From the NCBI GenBank assembly GCA_045613345.1, contig JAZLAT010000017.1:42005-106004 (forward strand): a stretch of DNA of 64,000 nt, given 5' to 3'. Every line of letters starts with the position of its first letter. Position 1 is the stretch's first letter. The DNA is from Candidatus Enterousia sp. GTDB taxonomy: Bacteria; Pseudomonadota; Alphaproteobacteria; Rs-D84. Below the pieces are notes generated by a model. It did not search any database, had not been told where the DNA came from, and worked only from the letters and a program-made list of their open reading frames with translations. The position numbers and the translations under genes are program-made. This document shows positions 28,578 through 38,094 of this stretch, piece after piece.

Positions 28578-29264
28578 ATGATTGAAAAACAAGACATTTT
28601 TACCATAATGGGCGGACGGGTCAAAATTCGTCGCGGTTTGTATAATCCAACAAGCGATGCCGTATGGTTGGCGGCGTTTATTGATGGGCACCCCAAGACA
28701 GTTCTTGATGCAGGCACAGGAACGGGTGGTGTGGCACTGTGTTTAATGTCGCGAATATCGGGAATTCAAATGACGGTATTGGATATTTCCAACGGTATGT
28801 TAAATGCGGCACGCGACAATTTTGCACTAAACGAACAAACGGCTGAATTTGTAAATGCTGACATAACATCTTGGCGAACAACAAAAACATTTGATTTGGT
28901 CATTACAAACCCACCTTATTTTAATGGGACTCCGGCGGGACATAACGCGCATCATAATGCCGACCTGAATCAGTGGACGCGCAAATGCATCGCACGTGTA
29001 AAACCGAACGGAATGTTTGCAACCATTGTTGATTCACGCCAAGTTGGCACAGTCATAGGCGAAATGTCGCGCCATTGTGGTGATTTTCGTATCATGCCAC
29101 TGTTCAGCACGAAAAACACCGCCGAAAGGGTATTATTGTCGTGTCGTGTTGGTCGTGCACCAAATACAACTCTTTATGCCGGACTTTCCATGAATTGCGA
29201 CGAAATATTGCGTGAAGGCCTATCCGTTGGCCAAACATTAACAAAATTGCAACATAACAGATAG
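28578..29264 (+). CDS. SAM-dependent methyltransferase, TrmN6/YfiC-like (NPPY class)
   Basis: VLDAGTGTGGVALCL SAM motif and the ITNPPYF catalytic motif. The MIEKQD start is preferred. Confidence 0.7.
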   Translation: MIEKQDIFTIMGGRVKIRRGLYNPTSDAVWLAAFIDGHPKTVLDAGTGTGGVALCLMSRISGIQMTVLDISNGMLNAARDNFALNEQTAEFVNADITSWRTTKTFDLVITNPPYFNGTPAGHNAHHNADLNQWTRKCIARVKPNGMFATIVDSRQVGTVIGEMSRHCGDFRIMPLFSTKNTAERVLLSCRVGRAPNTTLYAGLSMNCDEILREGLSVGQTLTKLQHNR

Positions 29265-29319
29265 AACTTGTTTGTGATTTCTTGACTATTGGATATTATT
29301 TTACTATGCTTATGCTGTT

Positions 29320-30600
29320 ATGATAAATTTTATAACACGATATTTTACATCCCTTTGGGCGTTTATAACGGCGCCTTTTCGCGCCATTTGGCGTTTAATA
29401 GTACGTATTTTCCCGCCCCGCGAATTCACGGTAATGGATACGCCGCGCGGTAATGTTTACACATATGAACAGACCAGTTTCTGGCGTTTCACAAAATTCT
29501 GTGCCAAGGTTGGATTGGCAATATGGGCAACATGGTCAACCTATGTCTTTGTGTATCATCGCCCAATGTTGCAGGCCCGCACTGCCCAATTGGAAGAAAT
29601 GCGCGAAAAATACGCGCACCATATGACCGACCTGCAAACATACCTTGGCAAATACAACGAATTGACCAAGAATATCAATGTCATTGACGATAAATTGTTA
29701 AAAGACAAAAAACTGACCGATTCGGGACGCGAAGATTTAATAAACGAACGCCTTAAGACATGGGGCGAATTGGACTTTTTGAAAACGCGCCTTGGTGAAA
29801 TGTTCACCGATTCGGACTATGCACCCGAATACACCAAGGTTTCTGATTTGGCGGTTGAATACGAACTGACGCGCGCCGAAAACATCGAAATCAAAAAACG
29901 CGACATCGAAATCTTGGAAAATGTCGCAAAGATACTTGATGCCGACACGAAAATATTGGATTCTGTGTCAAAGTTGGCGGACGAACAAACCGCGGAACTG
30001 CGCACAGAACTTAAACAAATCAAGGGAACTTTGGCGATATTGGGGCTGACCGAGGACACTTTGGTTAAAAACGCGAACAAATATTCGAATCAGTTGGTCG
30101 GTGCGGTATTTAATCCACTGGAATTGGACAAAGAATTGGATGAAAAATATCAAAAATTGGCGAATGACATCACTCTTTGGAACGGACTTAGCAAGCTGAA
30201 AAAGATTCTGCCGCTGGGCGCACCGGTTAAAAGCGTTCGCATAACATCTAAATATGGCAAACGCAAAGACCCATTCACCGGCGAAAATAAACAGCACAAG
30301 GGAATCGACTTTGCGGGTAAAATTGGTACAGAATTGTTGGCGGTGGCACCGGGACGTGTGATTTCTGCGGGCGAACGCGTGGGTTACGGCACAACGGTTG
30401 AAATTGACCATGGTTTGGGCTTTACGACGCTTTATGCACACCTGTCCAAGATTATGGTGTCGCGTGGCGATTGGGTGCGTCCGGGGACAATTGTCGGATT
30501 GGGCGGTTCTTCGGGTCGGTCAACGGGACCACACCTGCATTACGAGATTCGGTACAAAGGCAACCCATTTGATCCGGAAAAATTCGTAAAAGAGCAATAA
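29320..30600 (+). CDS. M23 (LytM-type) metallopeptidase with an N-terminal TM helix and coiled coil
   Basis: HKGIDFAG..VEIDHG..TLYAHLS..GPHLHYEIR zinc and catalytic motifs. Long coiled-coil linker. Confidence 0.85.
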   Translation: MINFITRYFTSLWAFITAPFRAIWRLIVRIFPPREFTVMDTPRGNVYTYEQTSFWRFTKFCAKVGLAIWATWSTYVFVYHRPMLQARTAQLEEMREKYAHHMTDLQTYLGKYNELTKNINVIDDKLLKDKKLTDSGREDLINERLKTWGELDFLKTRLGEMFTDSDYAPEYTKVSDLAVEYELTRAENIEIKKRDIEILENVAKILDADTKILDSVSKLADEQTAELRTELKQIKGTLAILGLTEDTLVKNANKYSNQLVGAVFNPLELDKELDEKYQKLANDITLWNGLSKLKKILPLGAPVKSVRITSKYGKRKDPFTGENKQHKGIDFAGKIGTELLAVAPGRVISAGERVGYGTTVEIDHGLGFTTLYAHLSKIMVSRGDWVRPGTIVGLGGSSGRSTGPHLHYEIRYKGNPFDPEKFVKEQ

Positions 30601-30615
30601 TAAAAGGAAAGAAAA

Positions 30616-30969
30616 ATGTTGGCATTCACAAACGCAGATGAAAAGACTTCGCCGACAATAATCGGTGCAGGATGCAAGCTGAGCGGCGACATCAAGACCG
30701 ACCACAGTGTCCAAATCCACGGTCACATCGTCGGCAACATCGACGCAGAAACAGTCGTCATCGGGCGCGGCGGAACCGTCGAAGGCGAAATTAAAACAAA
30801 CAATCTGTTCTTGCACGGGACATTGATTGGACCCGCGACGGTTGAAATCGCAAATGTGTTCAGCCATGCAAAAATGACGGGGACTTTGTCTTATCGGACA
30901 TTGAATATAACTTCTAATACAGGCTTGGAATGCAAACTGGCCAAACGCAAGGATAAAAAAGATGAATAA
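30616..30969 (+). CDS. bactofilin
   Basis: DUF583-type beta-helix repeats (IIGAGCKLSGDIKTDHSVQIHGHIVGNIDAETVVIGRGGTVEGEIKT). Confidence 0.8.
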   Translation: MLAFTNADEKTSPTIIGAGCKLSGDIKTDHSVQIHGHIVGNIDAETVVIGRGGTVEGEIKTNNLFLHGTLIGPATVEIANVFSHAKMTGTLSYRTLNITSNTGLECKLAKRKDKKDE

Positions 30970-31408
30970 AAACATTGATAAAGTATTTATTGCCGCCGAC
31001 CATCGCGGTGTAGGGCTGAAACTCTATTTAATCGAAATGCTCAGCGCACTGGGCTATAACATGGTGAATTTGGGCACGGACGATTTAAATACGCCGGTTG
31101 ATTTTCCGGATGTTGCCAAAAATTTGGCGGATGCGATGGCGGACGCGCCAAATTCCCGCGGGATTTTGGTCTGTGGCACGGGTGCAGGCGTTCAAATTGC
31201 CGCGAATCGGTATCGTCATATTCGGGCTTCGCGCTGTGATCGCCCGGACCAGGCACGCGACGACCGCTTTCACGACGATATAAATGTTCTTGCGTTGGGG
31301 TCGGACGACATAGATATCGAAATGGCGTTCCTTTGTGCGCAAGCCTTTTTGGAAAGCCCATTTGATGATTGTGAAAAACGCCGCCGCCGAATTGAAAAGA
31401 TTTCATAA
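30962..31408 (+). CDS. rpiB: ribose-5-phosphate isomerase B
   Basis: RpiB/LacA/LacB pattern IAADHRG..GILVCGTGAGVQIAANR, 148 aa. Confidence 0.85.
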   Translation: MNKNIDKVFIAADHRGVGLKLYLIEMLSALGYNMVNLGTDDLNTPVDFPDVAKNLADAMADAPNSRGILVCGTGAGVQIAANRYRHIRASRCDRPDQARDDRFHDDINVLALGSDDIDIEMAFLCAQAFLESPFDDCEKRRRRIEKIS

Positions 31409-31426
31409 AACAAGAGAGGATAGCGT

Positions 31427-31978
31427 ATGCACAATGTAATATTCACCGACATACCATTTTATGATAGTAATTGTTTGAATGTATGGAATCATAATAAAAA
31501 ATTGGCAACCCCGGATTGGTTCAACAGGATCGAACATTCTGATTTGATGAAATCTCTAACAAAATATGGTGATTTATATGTAAATGATAATTCGTCTTAT
31601 TTGGATGGCATAGGCAACAATAAAACATTTAAAAAATCCTATGCGTTGCATTTAGCATTCAGGGAACCATTTGATGAATATGAATCAATGTCTATTATAC
31701 AAATATGGGGTAACGGTCAAACCCATGCTTTGGCCCAAGAAAACCTTGTTAAACACATAAATAATCTTTGGGAATACGAAGACCTGTTGCTGCACTATTA
31801 TTGTAACGATGTTACACCATTTAATAAATATTGCTATTTCATTTATGATCCCCAAGATATAAAGCGACACAACTTAACATCTTATGCCGACAACAAGTCG
31901 TTAGACAAATGGCGGGCATCCATTAATTATTGTGGCCATATATATACAAATGTGGCACCGAATAAACTATCACGATAA
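31427..31978 (+). CDS. hypothetical protein (AT-rich accessory gene)
   Basis: 183-aa ORF behind a GAGAGGA RBS, followed by a strong terminator. No motif recognised. Confidence 0.5.
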   Translation: MHNVIFTDIPFYDSNCLNVWNHNKKLATPDWFNRIEHSDLMKSLTKYGDLYVNDNSSYLDGIGNNKTFKKSYALHLAFREPFDEYESMSIIQIWGNGQTHALAQENLVKHINNLWEYEDLLLHYYCNDVTPFNKYCYFIYDPQDIKRHNLTSYADNKSLDKWRASINYCGHIYTNVAPNKLSR

Positions 31979-31986
31979 TGTAATCA

Positions 31987-32018
31987 AATAACCGTCCGAA
32001 TTCGGACGGTTATTTTTT
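31987..32018 (+). terminator. rho-independent terminator
   Basis: AAATAACCGTCCG-AATT-CGGACGGTTATTT followed by a T-run. Confidence 0.75.
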
Positions 32019-32103
32019 TAACGCTTCGCCAATTTTTGTTTTTTGAATTTTTGTTGTACTAGTGAATCTGCAACATGTCTTGCTTGCTTTTCTGTCTCTT
32101 GCG

Positions 32104-32182
32104 TTAAAACATACAACTCATTGGAAAAGAATATTTCAGGTGGCGTGGCGGCCGCAACCGCATTGTCATCGGTGGCGGTGGT
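32104..32182 (+). pseudogene. remnant of a YadA-type adhesin (start of the membrane-anchor domain)
   Basis: The frame translates as NSLEKNISGGVAAATALSSVAV, compared with NELEKDMSSGIASATALSAVSV in the intact adhesin at 34.6 kb. It is cut off by palindromic element E3. Confidence 0.4.
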
Positions 32183-32257
32183 GATAGTGTTAGTGGTTAG
32201 TATTCTTTGGGATTATTCCGTAATTACAGGCTTGTTCCAGATTCTACTAACCATTTA
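32181..32257. repeat. palindromic intergenic element, copy E3 (right arm shortened, core in the opposite orientation to E1/E2/E5)
   Basis: gtgatagtgttagtggttag..gggattattccgtaattacaggcttgttccaga..ctaaccatttatca. Confidence 0.8.
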
Positions 32258-32848
32258 TCACTCACTGCGCAAGAAACTATACAATGTGCATTTGCTAACG
32301 TGCATTATTCGTGCGATTTTATTTTTGCTGATTCCGCGAATCATTAAATCGTTTATGCGTTTTCTATTTCTGGTCAATTTCAGTTGTTTTGATTGTGCAC
32401 CCATTGGTCGCCCAAGTTTTTTCCCGTTTGCCTTTAATCGTGCCAGACTTTCGCGCACACGCGCCTGGAGCAGCGATTTAGACAGTTCCGCCGACAGCCC
32501 GAATGCAAACGCCAGGACCTTGGATTGAATATCGGTCCCAAGGCGGAAATTTTCTTTTAATGTCCATATTTGGCAATCCTGTTCAAGGCACGTTTGCAAA
32601 ATTCCCATAACTTCCAATAAACTTCGCCCCAGGCGCGAAATTTCCGTGGTAATTAAAATGTCACCGGGTTGCAGTTTTTTTAATAACGCGCCCAATTTTC
32701 GGTCTTGTAATTTTTTACTGCTGGAAATTTTTTCTTCGACCCAAACATCAACCACCATATTGTTTTGCCGAACAAAGTTTTCGATTACAAATCGTTGATT
32801 TTCTTCGTGTTGATGCGCGGTTGACACCCGACAATAGCCGTAAATCAT
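32258..32848 (-). CDS. small serine recombinase (resolvase/invertase family, 196 aa)
   Basis: AAGGAA RBS. MIYGYCRVSTAHQ carries the catalytic Ser. Also GDILITTEISRLGRS and a C-terminal HTH (GISKNKIARIMHVSKCTLYSFL). Confidence 0.85.
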   Translation of the reverse strand: MIYGYCRVSTAHQHEENQRFVIENFVRQNNMVVDVWVEEKISSSKKLQDRKLGALLKKLQPGDILITTEISRLGRSLLEVMGILQTCLEQDCQIWTLKENFRLGTDIQSKVLAFAFGLSAELSKSLLQARVRESLARLKANGKKLGRPMGAQSKQLKLTRNRKRINDLMIRGISKNKIARIMHVSKCTLYSFLRSE

Positions 32849-32951
32849 AAAAGTTCCTTTTTGTTGATATTTATTGAAATAAAACAAGGGTATCTGAAAC
32901 GCCTCAGACACCCAACCTGACCCCATATTTAATGCGTTTTTGATGCTTGTC

Positions 32952-32991
32952 AAGTGGTCTAAATTAAACCAAGGTTAAAAGTCAACCACTT
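32952..32991. promoter_or_regulatory. hix/gix-like recombinase site A (imperfect 12-2-12 dyad, core AA)
   Basis: AAGTGGT-CTAAATTAAACC-AA-GGTTAAAAGTCA-ACCACTT, about 105 bp upstream of the recombinase ATG. Confidence 0.5.
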
Positions 32992-33069
32992 TTTTCAATA
33001 TTTAAAAAAACAAAATTTATCAATAAAAACAACGCACAAACCGTAAATGGCGAATTTCAAAAACAAGGC

Positions 33070-33095
33070 GGTATAAAAACCTTGGTTTTTATACC
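33070..33095. promoter_or_regulatory. hix/gix-like recombinase site B (perfect 12-2-12 dyad, core TT)
   Basis: GGTATAAAAACC-TT-GGTTTTTATACC, 64 bp upstream of the adhesin ATG. Confidence 0.6.
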
Positions 33096-33158
33096 ATACA
33101 AAATGTCTTAAAGGAATGATCCGTTAAGACCCAACAATAAAAAAGAAAGGAACTTATC

Positions 33159-34832
33159 ATGATAAGACAATCTAAGACAACAATCAAAGAATTGTCTGCA
33201 CAATACCGCAGTGTATTGAAACGGGCATTTCTGGCTGGATTGGTTGCTATGGCAACATCTGGCGCATATGCCGCGGGCGCGGATGTAACGTTCGCCGGCA
33301 ACTATGTAAACGCAAGTGATGCAACAGTAAATGTTAACGACCCAGTTGCAGACGAACCGTATTCTTATGAAAAATCGAACGGCGATTTTCGTAATGTTGC
33401 AAGTCAAGACACCGACCCAACATTAACCGATTTTACATATACCGATAAAAACGGTGACCCGGCAACATTGGCAAGTGGCACACAAACACAGACCGATTTT
33501 ACCGGCACAACCGCCGCATCGGGTGTCGTAACGACGACACAAGAAATTGTCGCCGGTGCAACAGTTTTGCGTGATAACTATGAATATGTTAACGGTAAAG
33601 GTAACACAGTGACATTGGGAACCAGCGCACAAGACATGGTGGAAAATGTTGCTTTGAATACGGATTATACACCTGACACAGTTATTGGCGTTATAAATGG
33701 GACAGCAGACTCGTTTGATGGGACACTTTATTCAACTACAGTAGGCAGCGAAACATATCATTTATCTGCTGATGGTACCAAACTAGTTGATAGTCATAAT
33801 ATAGAAGTGACACCAACAGACCCATCGCCTGAGAAAGACGCATTTGATGCAATGCAAGCCGCGTATAATTCTGATGTTCTGTTGATTAATGGGGCAGAAA
33901 CCTCAACAGCCGCCGAATGGGTGGACGAACAAGCAAACTTTGCCACAGCAAATACGGCATTTACAACCGACGAAGGTACAGTGACAACACTAAACACCCG
34001 TTGGGAAAGTTATGAAACAGCCGCAGGACTGTTAACTGCCGCACAAAATGCACAAGGTGACGCCCAAACAATCTATGGTGCGAATACAACCAGTGCTGCT
34101 GATGCCTTGGCTGTGTATGATGCGCCAATCACATCCAGCATCACAAACGGCGCAAATGCCGCGATTGCAGCATCTATCACAAATGAAAATGGTGCAATCA
34201 AAACCGCATTGAACACCGCAGAAACCAATGCCAAAGATTACGCTGACGGTTTAGCATCTAACTATGATGCCGCTGGTGCGGCAGATACCGCAGAACAAAA
34301 TGCCAAAGATTATGCTGATGGTTTAGCGGCTAACTATGACGCAGCTGGTGCGGCATCAACGGCCAAAGGCGAGGCGATTAATTCTGCAAACGGTTACACC
34401 GACGGCAAAATCGCAACCGAAGTAGAAAATCGTAATGCCGCGATAGCAACAGCCAAGGGCGAAGCGATTGAATCTGCAAACGCTTACACGGACAACACAG
34501 CATTAGCGATTCGCAACGATTTTGCATCGGGTGATACATTGACTTTGGCAAAGGCCAATGCTTACACCGACGAACGTGTCAATGAATTAGAAAAAGACAT
34601 GTCGTCTGGCATTGCCAGTGCCACAGCTTTGTCGGCTGTGTCGGTGCCAAATGTCAAAAAAGGGCAATTAGCTGTTAGTGGTGGTTACGGCTACTACAAC
34701 AGTCAATCCGCGTTCGCCCTGGGCGCCGCGGTTGGCTTGACCAGCAAATGGTCGGCTAATGTGGGTGCGGCTCTGTCTGACAGAAACGCTACCTTCCGTG
34801 CTGGGACAAGTTATTTAATTGATTTGTTCTAA
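33159..34832 (+). CDS. trimeric autotransporter adhesin (YadA family)
   Basis: C-terminal anchor GIASATALSAVSV..LAVSGGYGYYNSQSAFALGAAVGL..WSANVGAAL..FRAGTSY. Stalk repeats NAKDYADGLA.NYDAAGAA and AKGEAI.SAN.YTD. Confidence 0.9.
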   Translation: MIRQSKTTIKELSAQYRSVLKRAFLAGLVAMATSGAYAAGADVTFAGNYVNASDATVNVNDPVADEPYSYEKSNGDFRNVASQDTDPTLTDFTYTDKNGDPATLASGTQTQTDFTGTTAASGVVTTTQEIVAGATVLRDNYEYVNGKGNTVTLGTSAQDMVENVALNTDYTPDTVIGVINGTADSFDGTLYSTTVGSETYHLSADGTKLVDSHNIEVTPTDPSPEKDAFDAMQAAYNSDVLLINGAETSTAAEWVDEQANFATANTAFTTDEGTVTTLNTRWESYETAAGLLTAAQNAQGDAQTIYGANTTSAADALAVYDAPITSSITNGANAAIAASITNENGAIKTALNTAETNAKDYADGLASNYDAAGAADTAEQNAKDYADGLAANYDAAGAASTAKGEAINSANGYTDGKIATEVENRNAAIATAKGEAIESANAYTDNTALAIRNDFASGDTLTLAKANAYTDERVNELEKDMSSGIASATALSAVSVPNVKKGQLAVSGGYGYYNSQSAFALGAAVGLTSKWSANVGAALSDRNATFRAGTSYLIDLF

Positions 34833-34870
34833 CACATTTCTTTCGTTGATGATAATCAAACTAAAAAACC

Positions 34871-34899
34871 AAAATCGCCCATTCGGGCGATTTTTTTAG
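34871..34899 (+). terminator. rho-independent terminator after the adhesin gene
   Basis: AAAATCGCCC-ATTC-GGGCGATTTT followed by a T-run. Confidence 0.7.
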
Positions 34900-34940
34900 T
34901 GCTGGTGGTTATCCGTCTTCGCTTCGCTGTGCCGCGACAA

Positions 34941-35046
34941 GGTGTTAGTGTTAGTGGTTAGTGTTAGTGGCTAGTAGTATCTGGAATAATTCCATAATTG
35001 CAGGTTTGTTCCAGAGAATACTAACCACTGTCCACTTACACTAACA
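34941..35046. repeat. palindromic intergenic element, copy E4
   Basis: ggtgttagtgttagtggttagtgttagtggctag..tctggaa..ttccaga..ctaaccactgtccacttacactaaca. The right arm runs into the leuS stop. Confidence 0.9.
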
Positions 35047-37449
35047 CTATTTTTTTACCACGAAATTCACTAACTTTTTCGGAACGACGATGGTTTTGAT
35101 GATTTCAGCACCGGTCAATTGCCGCGCCGCGACTTCGCGCGCAGTCGCGGTTAACTCATCGTCCGTCGCATCCAATTTCGCGGTAAATTCCCCAACACGC
35201 TTGCCATTTACGGTCACGGCAAATGTCGTCGTAGTTTCAACCAACTTTGACGCATCAAATGTTGGCCAAGTTTCAAAGACCAACATATCGGCATGCCCCA
35301 ACTTTTCCCACATTTCTTCGGTCAAATGTGGCGCAAACGGATTCAGCATTTGAATCAAAATTTCATACGCCCGCCGCGGCATTTTCACACCCGAAAACGC
35401 ATTCAAAAATTCCATCATTGCAGAAATCGCCGTATTAAACTTCATGTTTTCAATACGATCGGTCACATCGGCAACAAGGCGATTTATCAATACGTCTTGA
35501 TCCGCCGTTGGCGCATCATCGGTGATGTTATCGTATGCCGCTTCGACCCGGCGCAAGAAACGTTCCACCCCGCGCAGAGTATCTTCGGACCAATTCATAT
35601 TATTCTGTTCCCACGGCGCAAGGTATAAAATTGCCAACCGGCACACATCCGCGCCCGCGCGCGCCACCACATCAGATGATGGCACAACATTTCCACGCGA
35701 TTTGGACATTTTCTGACCATCTTCACCCATAATAAGGCCATTACTGGTACGCTTTTTATATGGCTCAACCCCGGGGACATAACCCAAATCCGCCAATGCT
35801 TTGTACCAAAAACGTGAATACAGAACATGCCGTGTCGTATGCTCCATACCACCGTTATAGTGGTCAATCGGCATCCATTTATCTAATTGCGCGCGCGAAC
35901 AGAACTCTTTATCATTATGTGGATCAAGGTACCGCATAAAATACCACGAAGACCCCGCCCATTGCGGCATAGTATCTGTTTCTCGTCGCGCCGCACCACC
36001 ACAGCACGGACATGTGGTCTTTATCCAATCGGTCGCACGCGCCAAAGGACTTTCGCCAGTATCGGTCGGCTTGTAATCTTCCATATATGGTTGCAACAGC
36101 GGCAATTCGGACTCGGGTATTGGTTGCCAGCCGCATTTTTCACAATACACCATCGGAATAGGTTCACCCCAATACATTTGACGCGAAAATCCCCAATCTT
36201 TAAGTTTATATTTCTTGGTTCCACGCGCAAATCCATGTTCAGTTCCATACTTAATTGCGGCGGCAATCGCGGTTTCTTTATCCATGCCATCCAAGAAAGA
36301 CGAATTTATATGCGTCCCGTCGCCTTCCCACACTTTATCGGGTTCGCCCCCGGACAAGACCGGAATGATTTCCAAACCAAACTTTTTTGCAAAATCCCAG
36401 TCGCGTGAATCGTGCGCCGGCACCGCCATAATCGCACCGAACCCATAATCCGCCAAAACATAGTCCGATATGAAAATCGGAATCTCACGCCCATTAAACG
36501 GATTTGTCGCCATTACACCGTCCAAACGAACACCGGTTTTATCTTTGGTCACATCAGTGCGTTCTATTTCGGACTTTGCACGCGCCGCGGCAATATATTC
36601 GCGCACCGCATCGACGTTTTTAATACGCCCCGTATCAATCCACTTTTTAACCAGTTTATGTTCCGGCGCAATCACACAAAAAGTCACACCAAATATAGTA
36701 TCAACCCGCGTCGTATATACCGTCATAATATCATCGCCCACGCGAAAATCCACATCCGCACCATACGACCGCCCAATCCAGTTGATTTGCATTGTCTTGA
36801 CTTTTTCGGGGTAATCGACCAACGCCAAATCATCAATCAACCGATCGGCATACTTTGTCATAGCCAGATTCCATTGTAATTTCATTCTTTTTTCAACGGG
36901 ACCATGACAACGTTCACAACAACCGTCCTCTAATTCTTCGTTGGTCAGGTTGGTGCGACAATTTGGACACCAATTCATCGGCAATTCAGACTTGTATGCC
37001 AAACCCGCGCGCCAGAATTGAATAAATTGCCATTGCGTCCATTTAATATATTCTGGATCCGAAGTTGCAATTTTAGAATCCGGATCAAAAGACAACCCCA
37101 TAATCGAAATATCTTTCTCAAAAATTTTAATCAATTCTGCAACAGAATCACGTGGATGCTTGCCAATTTTGGTTGCGTACTTTTCGGATGAAATCCCCAT
37201 GGAATCGTATCCAATCGGAAACAGAACATCAAAACCACGCATACGCTTGAATCGCGCCATCACATCCATACCTGTATAGGGCAACATATGACCAACGTGC
37301 AACCCAGATCCCGAAGGGAAGGGGAATTCAATCAAATTATAGTATTTCGGTTTTGACCCATCATTTTTTGGAACAAAAACCCGTTCGGTCGCCCAGCGCG
37401 CCTGCCATTTTTTATCACGTTCAGTTATTTTTTTGATATCGTCTGCCAT
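35047..37449 (-). CDS. leuS: leucine--tRNA ligase
   Basis: HVGHM (HIGH) and KMSKS motifs and a CP1 editing domain. The MADDIKK start has a GGAG RBS. Confidence 0.95.
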   Translation of the reverse strand: MADDIKKITERDKKWQARWATERVFVPKNDGSKPKYYNLIEFPFPSGSGLHVGHMLPYTGMDVMARFKRMRGFDVLFPIGYDSMGISSEKYATKIGKHPRDSVAELIKIFEKDISIMGLSFDPDSKIATSDPEYIKWTQWQFIQFWRAGLAYKSELPMNWCPNCRTNLTNEELEDGCCERCHGPVEKRMKLQWNLAMTKYADRLIDDLALVDYPEKVKTMQINWIGRSYGADVDFRVGDDIMTVYTTRVDTIFGVTFCVIAPEHKLVKKWIDTGRIKNVDAVREYIAAARAKSEIERTDVTKDKTGVRLDGVMATNPFNGREIPIFISDYVLADYGFGAIMAVPAHDSRDWDFAKKFGLEIIPVLSGGEPDKVWEGDGTHINSSFLDGMDKETAIAAAIKYGTEHGFARGTKKYKLKDWGFSRQMYWGEPIPMVYCEKCGWQPIPESELPLLQPYMEDYKPTDTGESPLARATDWIKTTCPCCGGAARRETDTMPQWAGSSWYFMRYLDPHNDKEFCSRAQLDKWMPIDHYNGGMEHTTRHVLYSRFWYKALADLGYVPGVEPYKKRTSNGLIMGEDGQKMSKSRGNVVPSSDVVARAGADVCRLAILYLAPWEQNNMNWSEDTLRGVERFLRRVEAAYDNITDDAPTADQDVLINRLVADVTDRIENMKFNTAISAMMEFLNAFSGVKMPRRAYEILIQMLNPFAPHLTEEMWEKLGHADMLVFETWPTFDASKLVETTTTFAVTVNGKRVGEFTAKLDATDDELTATAREVAARQLTGAEIIKTIVVPKKLVNFVVKK

Positions 37450-37552
37450 ATTTATCTCCATGGATTTCAAACACTGACACAGATTACCAGACTATTACCG
37501 CATTATCAAGTTTTTTGTTACATACGGTATAATAATACCACACAGATTTTTC

Positions 37553-37581
37553 TTGACTTTTCTGCGGGTACGGGACATAAT
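37553..37581 (+). promoter_or_regulatory. candidate promoter of rplM-rpsI
   Basis: TTGACT, 17-nt spacer, CATAAT, 40 nt upstream of the rplM ATG. Confidence 0.45.
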
Positions 37582-37620
37582 AGGGCGAACTTTTTAACAT
37601 AAACAAAAGGCAAAACAAAA

Positions 37621-38094
37621 ATGGCAGCGACAAAATCGTTAAAAAAGTGTGAATTAGATGCCAAATGGTATCTGATTGACGCGACTGATTGCACGTTGGG
37701 ACGTTTGGCGGCATATGTTGCAAACATCCTGCGCGGCAAGAATAAACCAACATGGACGCCGAACATGGATTGCGGTGACCATGTTATCATTATCAATGCT
37801 GACAAGGTGGCATTATCCGGAACCAAGGCTGACAAGACCAAATTCTATTGGCACACAACATATCCTGGTGGCATCAAAGAACGCACATTGGGTCAAATGC
37901 GCGCCGAAAAACCAACATTGTTGGTTAAAAACGCGGTAAAGCGCATGATGGGTCGTCGCACGGCGGTCGCTTTGGCGGACAAACGCCTGACAAAATTACA
38001 CGTGTACGCGGGCGCAGAACACAAGCATACCGCCCAGAATCCGGTTGTGATTGACTTTGCGGGATTAAATCGTAAAAACAAAAGGGGTGAATAA
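37621..38094 (+). CDS. rplM: 50S ribosomal protein L13
   Basis: [36 protein letters not shown]. Confidence 0.95.
   Translation: MAATKSLKKCELDAKWYLIDATDCTLGRLAAYVANILRGKNKPTWTPNMDCGDHVIIINADKVALSGTKADKTKFYWHTTYPGGIKERTLGQMRAEKPTLLVKNAVKRMMGRRTAVALADKRLTKLHVYAGAEHKHTAQNPVVIDFAGLNRKNKRGE

Noticed and set aside
32043-32528. 161-aa plus-strand ORF.
   Set aside because: It is a chimera of the adhesin-anchor remnant, palindromic element E3 and the antisense of the recombinase gene. Only the 32104-32182 segment carries real homology, and that is reported as a pseudogene.
34858-34876. A half-site resembling the hix-like dyads (aaactaaaaaacc-aa-) just downstream of the adhesin stop. It could have been a third recombination site flanking the whole gene.
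   Set aside because: The right half is not palindromic (aatcgcccattc) and belongs to the terminator hairpin. It is most likely coincidence in AT-rich sequence.
35090-36879. Numerous plus-strand ORFs inside leuS, and similar sets inside argS, hisS, prfA, lpxB and the 14805 gene.
   Set aside because: These are antisense shadow ORFs of long, well-supported genes.
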